A stretch of 63,376 nt of DNA, the filler included, from Aduncisulcus paluster (Eukaryota), in assembly GCA_024181965.1 (NCBI GenBank). It is 5 parts of 5 records of this genome, joined end to end, with 100 filler letters (N's around TTAATTAATTAA, not from the genome) between each part and the next. Parts side by side here need not be neighbours in the genome. Positions count along the whole stretch, not along the records: positions 1 to 25,225 come from BQXS01011042.1; 4 more parts are not named here. One strand, 5' to 3'. Positions within the stretch are counted from its first letter, which is position 1; each line of letters opens with the position of its first letter. A program made the translations under genes and the position numbers. The notes beneath the pieces were generated by a model. The model saw only the letters and a list, made by a program, of their open reading frames with translations. It was not told the origin of the DNA and ran no database searches. Shown here piece by piece: positions 8,911 through 18,981 of the stretch.

Positions 8911-10579
8911 GGTGATGATATTCCCACCTCTCCTCCTCTTCCTCCTCATCTTACTCTTCCTTGCCGTGCCATTTCTCCATACACCGTTCCACCTGACTCT
9001 GTTACTCTCACTCCAACATCTCCTTCAACCATCACTCCTCAGTGCATCATTGGCAGTGGTGGGTTCGGAGATGTGATCTTGGCTCATCTTGTGTCTCCAT
9101 CTTTCCCCATTCCTGCTGTGTTATGTGCTGTGAAATGCATGAAGAATGCTTCCACACATAAAGAGAATGTGCATTGTGTGAAACGAATGAAAGAAGAATT
9201 CGCCAATCAATGTAAGTTGTATTCCAAGCCGTCGTTACAAAGTTGTATCCCTCGTCCTTTGCATATGCTTGATTTCCTCGATGATGATCTGAAAGGAACG
9301 TTTGGGCTGGCAATGGAGTTCTGTCAAGGTGGGAATGTGATGGAGTTTGCCAAAAGCTGGGCTGTTAATGTTAATGAAGATGAGGATGAAGATGAGGATG
9401 AAGATGATCCTGAGTATGATCCTGTGAAAATAGCTGCTTTGTGTGTGGCTATCATCGAGTGTGTTGCTACCTTGTTTGACGTAAAAAAGAAGCTTGTACA
9501 TCGCGACATTAAGCCCGATAACTTCCTTGTTCGCTATGATGCTTTGAAGAAACAGTGTCATGTTCTTCTTGGAGATCTGGGTTTTGTTGAGATTCGTGAA
9601 TCAATGTCTCGTAGTTCTTTCATTTCCAAAGATTCCTCGAGCTCATCTTCATCCTCCTCTGATGGTCTTACGTTTGAATTCAAGACATCGATCGTGGGTA
9701 CTCTATGTTACAGTGCACCCGAGAGTCTTTCAAGTGGGTTTTACTGTCAACGCAGTGATGTTTGGGGAGTTGTCCTGACAATATGGTCTCTCTTCAATGA
9801 TATGAAGCAGCCTTTCATGAGTATCCCCACAATCAGGAATATTCCTCCTTCTCCTGAATATGATTCAATTCTATGCTCAAGGCTCTGTAAGTTGGCTTCT
9901 GATCCTGATCGTCTCCCACAGCTGACAGATAGTGAGATCTTCTGTTCCCTTGAGACGATGGAAGATGGGAAATACAATGCCGTGTATAAGGCGTTTCTTG
10001 AAGTTTTCCATGGCATGTTGAATCCAAACCGTTTCAAACGAATGACCATCCACCAAGCCCATTCCTTGACGAGAGAACTCAAGCATATCCTCCCTCGTGT
10101 TGGAGAAGGGTGGGAATGTCCATCCATCGAGGAGTACATTGCTGATCAGCTTGAAGAGTATGATGGGTGTACAGGGACAATCCATANNNNNNNNNNNNNN
10201 NNNNNNATATGATTCAATTCTATGCTCAAGGCTCTGTAAGTTGGCTTCTGATCCTGATCGTCTCCCACAGCTGACAGATAGTGAGATCTTCTGTTCCCTT
10301 GAGACGATGGAAGATGGGAAATACAATGCCGTGTATAAGGCGTTTCTTGAAGTTTTCCATGGCATGTTGAATCCAAACCGTTTCAAACGAATGACCATCC
10401 ACCAAGCCCATTCCTTGACGAGAGAACTCAAGCATATCCTCCCTCGTGTTGGAGAAGGGTGGGAATGTCCATCCATCGAGGAGTACATTGCTGATCAGCT
10501 TGAAGAGTATGATGGGTGTACAGGGACAATCCATAGCAGTAGCAGTAGCAGTAGCAGTAGCAGTAGCGGTGGGAAATAA
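7718..10579 (+). pseudogene. Two tandem ~170-aa 'PIPRD' beta-sandwich-like domains fused to a Ser/Thr kinase; one gene broken by a 4-nt deletion at about 8160 (pseudogene or consensus error), with an artefactual duplication at the 10187-10206 gap
   Basis: The paralog reads GGT GAT AAA ACA TCC AAA AAA TAC; this copy reads GGT GCT AAA AC---- AAA AAA TAC. The frame from 8161 is open into ORF 8392. Kinase motifs GSGGFG, CAVK, HRDIKPDNFLV, DLG, GTLCYSAPE, SDVWG. Segment 9858-10186 is repeated from 10207. Confidence 0.85.
10534..10566 (+). repeat. (AGCAGT)n repeat encoding a poly-Ser tail
   Basis: agcagtagcagt... read directly from the sequence. Confidence 0.9.
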
Positions 10580-10695
10580 TTGTTTAATAATAATTTATTG
10601 TCAATGTTAGATGTAAAAGATCAATTAGATCTAATTTATTTGTTGTAACGCTACAATCAGTGTTTGATGAGAGAGAGATAGAAAAGTCCACATAT

Positions 10696-13600
10696 CTACA
10701 TTGCAAACTGATGTTCACAATTAATCAAACAAACAAACCCACGTAAAACTATATCATCAAAGTGACAAGAGTCATCCTCAAAGGCCTGGTGAATAGCCAA
10801 TTTAACCTGTTCCAATGACACTTCCCTTTCTCTCCTCATGCGCCTTGTAATTCTATATATCCTTCCAAAAACAACACTGTCACACATCTGCTCTAATAAA
10901 GCCCGTAAATCAGCAATTACAATCCCCAAATTAGTTGGAGTGGCATTTGAACTCTCTATTAAGGCCAATAAAGCAACATGTTGAGGATCCAACTCACTTC
11001 CACCAGCACTTTCAGATATAACATCGTGTTGAAGCTCACTCTTGCCTTCAATTGCGGCTATATCAGCAGCTTTATGAGCCTCTTTGGTGGCACTGGTCGT
11101 ACTGAAACTGGTGGCTGTGGGTGAAGGATGGTAGCCACGAGGAGAGGATCTTGGGGGATGTTCATCAAGACCCGACGGTAGAATCATCGAAGAGGGATCT
11201 TTCGGGGTTTCTGAAGTTGAATGTTCTATTTTTAGATCTTTTTTCTCAGATTCTGTTTTGGCCTTTTCATTTTGTTCTCTTCTCCTCTTCTCTCTCTCTT
11301 TCTCTTCTCTTTCTCTCTCCTCTTCTTTCCATTTTATATATTCTTGTCTCTTCCTTTCCCTCTCTTCTTCCTTTTGTTTCCTTATTTCAGCTTCTTCTTT
11401 CTCTTTCTCTTTCCGAATCTCCTCAAGTTCAGCTTCTGTATGTGATTCAACGTGCGTAGGTGTGAAAATCTGAATGGCGAAGGATTTACCACTCCTAACT
11501 TGCTTTCCACCTGAAGAAGACGTTGAAGAAACTGCTGAAGAAGGCGTGGGATCAAGAGAACCAGATATAGGGGAAGCATCTTCTTTTTGCATTCCAATGG
11601 AACTATCACTTACTTTCGATCTTGTCTCTTCTTCTTGCATTTGTTTCAGTTTATCCTCTGCCAATTCTTTTGGACTTATTGACACACTATTGTGACTGTG
11701 AACAGAAGGTTGCTGAAGACGAGCAGGAGAAATAACTTCTCGATTACTTGCAGTATCCATAACATCCTTTTCTGTCCCTTCCTGAAGCTGAATGTCAGTG
11801 TCCTTAGTACTCTGTTTCCTCTCTTCTCTCTCTCTGCGATCAGCTTCCCTCTTCTCTTTCCTTTTTTGTTGCAGGAATTCAGAGATAGACACACGTTCAC
11901 GGGCTGCTTTATCACCAACACTGGCAGTCCTCCTCGATTTCACAGCGCTTTTAGCAGAGGGTGATGGAGTTGAAGAAGAGGAAGAGGAGGAAGCACGAGG
12001 TTTTGATCTAGGGCCAGATTCTCGATTAACATGAATANNNNNNNNNNNNNNNNNNNNTGCTGAAGACGAGCAGGAGAAATAACTTCTCGATTACTTGCAG
12101 TATCCATAACATCCTTTTCTGTCCCTTCCTGAAGCTGAATGTCAGTGTCCTTAGTACTCTGTTTCCTCTCTTCTCTCTCTCTGCGATCAGCTTCCCTCTT
12201 CTCTTTCCTTTTTTGTTGCAGGAATTCAGAGATAGACACACGTTCACGGGCTGCTTTATCACCAACACTGGCAGTCCTCCTCGATTTCACAGCGCTTTTA
12301 GCAGAGGTTGATGGAGTTGAAGAAGAGGAAGAGGAGGAAGCACGAGGTTTTGATCTAGGGCCAGATTCTCGATTAACATGAATATTATCACTCTTTATAA
12401 TTCCACCTTTCTTTTGACCCATAACGGATTGTGACTTGGGAGCCTTGGGGACTGCAGATGACGACTTTCCACCAACTTTTCCGATACGCTCTTTACGAAT
12501 GGCCTCTGCTACGCTACTGCCTCGTTTCCTAGCATTCTTGATACGTTCCTTGAAATCACGGGCATGTTGTTTGCTATCCTCAACGCTGCCACGGCGGCCA
12601 CCTTTGCCAATGGATGTGATATCCTCACTTCGCTTTGGCTTTTCTACTCGATCGATCTGACGGCGTTTCTGATCACCTTTTCGCCTTTGGGCATTCAATG
12701 ATGACGATCCTTTACCCTTATTTTTTTGCGCCAGGTGTTTCCTATTGACCTCTTGAATTCTCTTCATTTCTTCCTGCATTCGTTGCTCGACTCTCCTCCC
12801 AATCTCCTCTTTCATCTCAATGTCCCTCAATCGCTGTTCAACACTATCAGACCAGTCTCTTGAGGATCCTTTCTTGGGGGGATGCTCACGAGAGAATTTC
12901 CCAGACCCAGAGCCAGACCCAGAGCCAGAGCCACCAGCAGAAACATCAGAAGAGGACGCTGGGAGAAGAGCTTTCTTCTTGCCCTGCGGTTGTTTTTGGC
13001 CCGATGGAGTGGACTTCTCAGATTCAGCACCAGTTCTTACAGGAGTTGCAGAGGAAGAATGGGATTCAGTGTGACTTTTGGGGAGCATGCTAAGAATATC
13101 CTCAACGGCTTTCAGATCATCCACCTTCTTCTGTTGCCACGTCTCGACACCGATTCCTGCACCAAACTTCCCATCACCAAAGCCTTTCTCCCGCATTGCA
13201 GCGATCTCCTCAGGATCAAGGGAAGAGGATGACGACACACTCACATTCACACTGACATGACCTGAATCAGGGTATGCCGGAACAGGGGGATGGGCACGGG
13301 ATTCACCACCAAGAGCAGCGTCAACACTTGTTTGAACGAATGGTTGGAGAAGAGAAGACAAGAGGAGGGAAGAAACAGAGAGACGATCGGCGGGATCTCT
13401 TGCAAGCATTTGTCTGAAAACAACCCCAAGATTGACAGAATAAGGAGGAGGAAGATCAGGAATCGGAGCTGTGGCTATTTTTAGAACAACAGCACCAACA
13501 TTCTTTCCATAGAAAGGTGGGGTTAGGGCACACATTTCATATAGTAAACATCCAACACTCCACACATCACTACGTTCATTATAGGCTTGGCCTTCAATCT

Positions 13601-14153
13601 GTTCAGGAGATAGATAAAACGGGGTTCCAATGCTTGTGTGAGCAGCTCGACTGGGGCCAAGGACTCGGGCAATACCAAAATCTCCAAGTTTGAGGAGTCC
13701 ATCCGCCATGACAAATATATTTTGGGGTTTAAGATCTCTGTGTACTACGTGGGATTTATGAACATCTCTGAGAGCCAATAAAATTTGAGACAGCCATGAG
13801 AGAACTTGAGATTCGGGAAAGGAATCTTTAGTCGCTTTTGCGAATTCAATTTGATCATGTAAAGTCCCTCCACTGGCGTATTCCATAACAATATTTAAAT
13901 AAGAACCTTCTATGAATGTCTGATGATGCTTGATAATAAATGGCGAAGATGATAGATCTTTCAGAATTCCTGATTCTCTAATGGCTTTTCTACGTTCACT
14001 GTCATTCTCTCCTATCAAAGGTATCTGTTTTAATGCGTATGTAAGGCGTTTACCATGCTCTGTTTTGTATACTTTAAAAACCGTCCCATAAGTACCTCTT
14101 CCAAGCACTGAAACTATTTTATATTCACGTATATACTTTCCTACTAAACTCAT
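10696..14153 (-). CDS. NEK: NIMA-related (NEK1-like) kinase, about 1036 aa after collapsing the duplication at the 12038-12057 gap; joins ORFs 11940..14153 and 10696..11943
   Basis: GRGTYG, YALKQI, IVMEYASGG, HRDLKPQNIF, LGDFGIARVL, IGTPFYLSPE, YNERSDVWSVGC; charged coiled-coil tail; NEK1-type C-terminal helix LRALLEQMCDSVVFGRIY. Segment 11711-12037 is duplicated at 12058-12384. Confidence 0.92.
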
Positions 14154-14683
14154 ATTTCATAAAATGCTTTGAATGATGTCTTTAAGTTGTCAAAAATGAA
14201 AATTCATGCAAAATTAATTCTCAAGATAATAATAAGGCTGTAAATACAATAAATGGTCATGTTAAATTACACTGCATAAGATACTTTATTAATAGGGCCA
14301 TAACTGTCCTGTCTAGAGAAAGAATAAAATTATCCATTGTTTTGCTAAAGTATGCATTCGTTTAGAAGTAAAAAGATATAAAACTTATTTCATTAAACTT
14401 AATTTATATTGTCAATTGACGTTAAAGGAATCAAAAAGCAAAGTGGAATGTCGATTATCTGGAGAAACAGGATACTGGAGAATTTTAATTAAATGGTGAA
14501 ATCTGTTAAAAATAAGCAATGATATTATAATTACATGCATAGGATTGAATTTATACATATTAGCCTCACCATCCCCATTGGAGATTCCCCAAACTCATTG
14601 GGGATAAAACAATTGGGGATATTAAATCAGAAAAGAATTCTTTCTATTTTGTAACATCAAAATTCCAATTGTCAAAAATAATC

Positions 14684-14878
14684 ATGCCTTCAAAAGATCA
14701 TTGCAAAATTTGTGCCAAAGATGGCTCATGTCGTCCTTATTCCATTAATGCTGATGGTAAAGTCCACGGTGCGCACCGCTCATACCTTAGTGATCATGGC
14801 GGACACGTTAGTCGTGATGTTCCAGTGGAAACCCCCTGTAAATTGGATCGTTCTTCCGGGAATTTCTATCGAAAATAG
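14684..14878 (+). CDS. Small (64 aa) Cys/His-rich hypothetical protein
   Basis: ATG at 14684, MPSKDHCKICAKDGSC...HGAHRSYLSDHGGH...C. It forms a GC-richer island in AT-rich flanks. Confidence 0.65.
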   Translation: MPSKDHCKICAKDGSCRPYSINADGKVHGAHRSYLSDHGGHVSRDVPVETPCKLDRSSGNFYRK

Positions 14879-15342
14879 TCAGTATCTCGTACAAGGGTAG
14901 TTGAATGGAAAGTGAGTGAAAAAAACTAAATATTGTTAATAAATTTCAAGAATTTTATCAGATATTTAACGAAGATTAACTCAGTATCTGAAAAGCCACA
15001 ATGATTACTATCTAAATAACAACTAATCATATGGAAATATCACATTATAAAGGAGACTAAAAGTTCACAAGAAACGTTGAATCCATCAATTAAATCACAA
15101 AGAATCTTGAATTGTGGCCAAAAAGTATGATTTTTGCAAAGCTCGCGAAATAAAGTTAAAACTTAATAAAAGGCCAATAAGAATAATCATAATGTATCTA
15201 TAAGAACATATAATTAAATTATAGTCTAGTACAGTAAGAATTCAAGTGTTTTTCTTTGGCGCCCCATAATATCGATGTTTTGAGCATTGATAATATCAAA
15301 ACTCCTAAATTCACTGTTATTATTTACTAATAATTGTTAATA

Positions 15343-16704
15343 ATGCATTATACAAGAGAATTTCTTCAAAATAAGAAGGTTCGCGAACTTCGTGTTATCT
15401 TTGGTGATCTGTCTCAGGTTGTCCCTCGGCAATACCTTAGAAAAGCCGAATTGATTGATGCAATCCTTGAAGGCCAGGAAAATCTTTCTCCATATGCCGT
15501 TAAACGGAGGCATCCCGAAGATGACATGGATCATGAAGGAACCAAGAAATTATCATCAGCTCTCCATCAATCTGTAAAGAAACCCTTATTTGATGAGTCT
15601 AGCTCGGAATCGGATGACAGTAATAAGGTCTCAATAACAAGCAATCGTGGAGTCACCTCCCAAGAAGAGGAAGAGGAAGAGGAAGAGAAGAGTGATCAAG
15701 CCGATATAGATGCCCCCAATCCACTGACTCAAAGCGTTCGTGTGAATATATTCGAATCTTCCTCCGAAGAAGAAGAAGAAGAAGAAGAAGAGGAGGAGGA
15801 ACATCTTAAAGATGAATATGAAGAGGTTGTTATATACAAACCTGATCAAACGATATCAAAAGAGGAGGAGAAGGTTGATGAAGAGGAGGAGGAAGAAGAG
15901 GAAGAGGAAGAGGAAGAAGAAGAAGAGAATATTCAAGATAAAACAAAGGATTTAGTCCAAACTTTGGAAGTTACTCAAAAAGAAGTTTCTCAAACACCAG
16001 AAGATGATGAGAAAGAAGTGAAGAAGAAGAAGAGAAGGCACAAACGTGACAAGAAGAAAGACAAAAAGAGGAAGAAGGAGAAGAGAGAGAAAAAAGAAAG
16101 AAAAGAGAAGAAAGAAAAGAAAGAGAAAAAAGAAAAGAAACATAAGAATAAGAAAGAATTATCAATTGAGGAACTTCCTGATCTAAAAATAGACGATAAA
16201 GAAGAAGAAGAGGTTGGTATTTTCCAACACCCCCATGATCAATCCCCAAAGACTGACACCGATTCTGATGAGTCTGCTGAGTCTGCTGGTCGGTTTGTCC
16301 GTTCTTTCTCATCTTCAGAAAAACCTCGTGCTGCTGAAGAGGATGTTCTAAAAATGGAAGAGGGTGAGAAGAAACTTGTTGGATCTGGAACGATGGTTGA
16401 TGAAGAGCTGAAGCAATTAGAGAGCGAAATAGATGAGGGAGGCGATGAAGAGATGTCAGAATACTCAATTGGTAAGGATTCAACCATCCAAGATATGTTG
16501 AAACAATGGTATCAAAAGAATTGCGCTTCTCCAGAAATAATCGAGGCTGAAGATTCTTTTGCTGACGATGAAGCAAGATCTTCATGCAATTTCTGCACAG
16601 TCATATGGCGGATATTCGTATTTTTGTTGATTATGGCAGTCGCTGCTGGTGTTGCTTGGAATAGATGGTCAATCATGAATATTGAAAAAAATAATTCAGA
16701 ATGA
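15343..16704 (+). CDS. HeH/LEM/SAP-like N-terminal helical motif, acidic and basic disordered region and C-terminal TM helix; candidate inner nuclear membrane protein
   Basis: YTREFLQNKKVRELRVIF...LRKAELIDAILE; poly-Glu tracts; KKKKRRHKR basic stretch; TM VIWRIFVFLLIMAVAAGVAW near the C-terminus. Confidence 0.7.
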   Translation: MHYTREFLQNKKVRELRVIFGDLSQVVPRQYLRKAELIDAILEGQENLSPYAVKRRHPEDDMDHEGTKKLSSALHQSVKKPLFDESSSESDDSNKVSITSNRGVTSQEEEEEEEEKSDQADIDAPNPLTQSVRVNIFESSSEEEEEEEEEEEEHLKDEYEEVVIYKPDQTISKEEEKVDEEEEEEEEEEEEEEEENIQDKTKDLVQTLEVTQKEVSQTPEDDEKEVKKKKRRHKRDKKKDKKRKKEKREKKERKEKKEKKEKKEKKHKNKKELSIEELPDLKIDDKEEEEVGIFQHPHDQSPKTDTDSDESAESAGRFVRSFSSSEKPRAAEEDVLKMEEGEKKLVGSGTMVDEELKQLESEIDEGGDEEMSEYSIGKDSTIQDMLKQWYQKNCASPEIIEAEDSFADDEARSSCNFCTVIWRIFVFLLIMAVAAGVAWNRWSIMNIEKNNSE

Positions 16705-17066
16705 TAGGAATAATGTTTGCTTTATTGTATGCAGCAGGTTTTTGAGACACGATTTATCTATAGGCCAAGTTCTCGCCAGTTTTTGTCATTTTAGAAATTT
16801 TCCAGTTTATATTTGTTTGGGCCATAACATCGATGAATTCATTGATAAATAACATCATAATATTACAAATTTCTGTGAAAAATAAATTTTAAGGAGGTTT
16901 TGAAGGAGTTTTTGCGAAAGCTGTTCCTCAACGGGAAGGCTTCACTATAACAATATTATAAAATCTAATTGTGAACAAACAAAGGATTTGATTTTGTTTT
17001 TATCTATTTTCGGTTCATTATTAATCGCCAATTCTCCTCAATTAATGTTTTCCATATTTTGAGGCC

Positions 17067-18905
17067 ATGTCTCAGACATATTATCTAATTCTATATGGAG
17101 TTCCAAAACGGATGTATGATGATTTTTTTCGGAAATATGAAGCTCAATATCACCAACCGGGTGTAATAGCTGCAGAAATGGCATTCGGCACAGAGGCCCA
17201 TATTGTTGTTCTTAAATCTACATATTATAAATTCTTATCCCAACAGAGGGAAATATTTCATTTTCTTCTCGTTGACCCATTTGTTACTTCCCTGAAAAAT
17301 ATTGCGCCAGATGTGATTATTTGCTCAGAAATAATGCCTCATGCTGATAAGATTCGGATATTTGGCGAAGGAAAAGCTCAAAAGGTACCCAAACGTGCTA
17401 TGACAACCACTGGAATTCCTCTTCATCCTTTGGAAGGTCAGATCATATCCAGTGGTAGTGGAACATATTCCAGCATCAAATCGAAAATTACTTCGTTTAT
17501 TTATGCGTTTACACCCTTGAACCCATCAAACCCGAATGCTTTTGAGATATTTAATATTCAGCAGGCTCGAATGGCTATTCCTGCTGTATTCCAAGCCCAA
17601 GGCAAAAATGTGTCATACAATTTTTATTGTAAGACAATATATGGAACCATAACTGCCTATCATCTTATGAATTATTTCCCTGGCAGTTCAGTATCTCCAG
17701 AATGTGATAATCCTCGGGCAATATTGCCCTCTCAAAAAATCATGGTGATCACTGATAAAAATGTTCCTGCTTATGTTGTGAGTTCAGAGTGTGCTAAAAG
17801 AGGAAGACTGGCTTATTTTAAACGAATTGATGATACTAGATATTCTGTTGCCTTTTCCAATCCACAAAAGGTTTTGGACTGCCATAGAGAGGGATCTTTC
17901 AGGTTTCAATTCAATCAAGTACTTCGCGATCGCATACATCCTGCATCGACCTATAAATTAAAGTTCTCTTTCCCTCTTCCTGAGACACCATCACCTGTAC
18001 CACCTTCCTTGCCACCACCTTCCCATCATGATGACCATTTTCATTATGGAGCTGCTGTGAGAGAAGGAAGTGGCCATATGAGAAGTTCTTCCCAAGATAT
18101 CACATCCTCTCGTAAATCTACCTCTATTCTTCATGAGAAACAACTCACTTCTCACTCTGCCACCATCAGATTATCCCGTGACTCTTCTCTCGAGAGGGAG
18201 AGGGGGGAAGAAAGGAAAGGAAAGAATGAAGGTGGAACAGATCCGTGGGAGACCTTTCCTTCTCATCCTGAAGAGGGGTTTAGAGCTGAATCTGTTAGGA
18301 TGGACACTCACAAACAATATGATGGAGACAACTATGATATTGATGGTTCGACACATGCTGTCAATAAGAAGGGAAGGAGCGGAAAGCACGGGTCGAGTGG
18401 TGAGATAAAGATGAAAAGAAGGAAATCATTAACTAAGGAAGAAGAAGAAGAGGATGAGTATCCAGTTGAGGATGATAAACCTGACGAGTGGCCTGAAATC
18501 CAAGGTGAAGGTGAAGTTCTTGTTGGAATCAGGAAGAAATTCAGGGACAAATTGAATTCTAGAAAACCTATAAAGGAGTATATAAAGAACTTTTTGAGAA
18601 AGTTAGATCCTGATGTCGTTCCAAAGTTCACCGATGAAGATGGGGTAATGAGGTTTAAAATTGCCACAAAAGATGTTCCTGAAGCTTGTTTTATTATTCA
18701 TCAATTTATTGATCATCAAAATGTCAAAGATTTTGCCGATTATTTCTTGCTTGAGGAATGTGTCAAGTTTGTTGTTTGGAAGTTGGATGGTAAGAATGTG
18801 GTGGTTAATGGAAAGGAATTCAGGGCATCACATAGTAGAGCAAAAGCAGGCCACTTACCCGGTATTTCTACAGCTATAGGTATGGCTCCAAAAATCTCCC
18901 ATTGA
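17067..18905 (+). CDS. Hypothetical protein with possible degenerate RRM-like domains; possibly the 5' part of a single gene with the downstream kinase
   Basis: 612-codon ORF. RRM-like pattern KIMVITDKNVPAYVVSSECAKRGRLAYFKRIDDTRYSVAFSNPQ. The 3' end overlaps an open +1 frame running into the next ORF. Confidence 0.7.
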   Translation: MSQTYYLILYGVPKRMYDDFFRKYEAQYHQPGVIAAEMAFGTEAHIVVLKSTYYKFLSQQREIFHFLLVDPFVTSLKNIAPDVIICSEIMPHADKIRIFGEGKAQKVPKRAMTTTGIPLHPLEGQIISSGSGTYSSIKSKITSFIYAFTPLNPSNPNAFEIFNIQQARMAIPAVFQAQGKNVSYNFYCKTIYGTITAYHLMNYFPGSSVSPECDNPRAILPSQKIMVITDKNVPAYVVSSECAKRGRLAYFKRIDDTRYSVAFSNPQKVLDCHREGSFRFQFNQVLRDRIHPASTYKLKFSFPLPETPSPVPPSLPPPSHHDDHFHYGAAVREGSGHMRSSSQDITSSRKSTSILHEKQLTSHSATIRLSRDSSLERERGEERKGKNEGGTDPWETFPSHPEEGFRAESVRMDTHKQYDGDNYDIDGSTHAVNKKGRSGKHGSSGEIKMKRRKSLTKEEEEEDEYPVEDDKPDEWPEIQGEGEVLVGIRKKFRDKLNSRKPIKEYIKNFLRKLDPDVVPKFTDEDGVMRFKIATKDVPEACFIIHQFIDHQNVKDFADYFLLEECVKFVVWKLDGKNVVVNGKEFRASHSRAKAGHLPGISTAIGMAPKISH

Positions 18906-18981
18906 TGAGAGCGAGAGTGATGTCATATCATACTCACAAGTTCATTCTGTTAATCCTAAAAAGAAAGAAATCGTGAGTATT

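Noticed and set aside
9858-10535. Tandem exon or domain duplications in the kinase, NEK, 33706 and TLDc genes
   Set aside because: Each is a near-identical overlap on both sides of exactly 20 N, and collapsing restores a single frame; this is an assembly signature.
6874-10695. Classical transposon boundaries (TIR/TSD) around cassette copy A
   Set aside because: No convincing inverted termini or direct target duplication found by eye, and no transposase or RT ORF.
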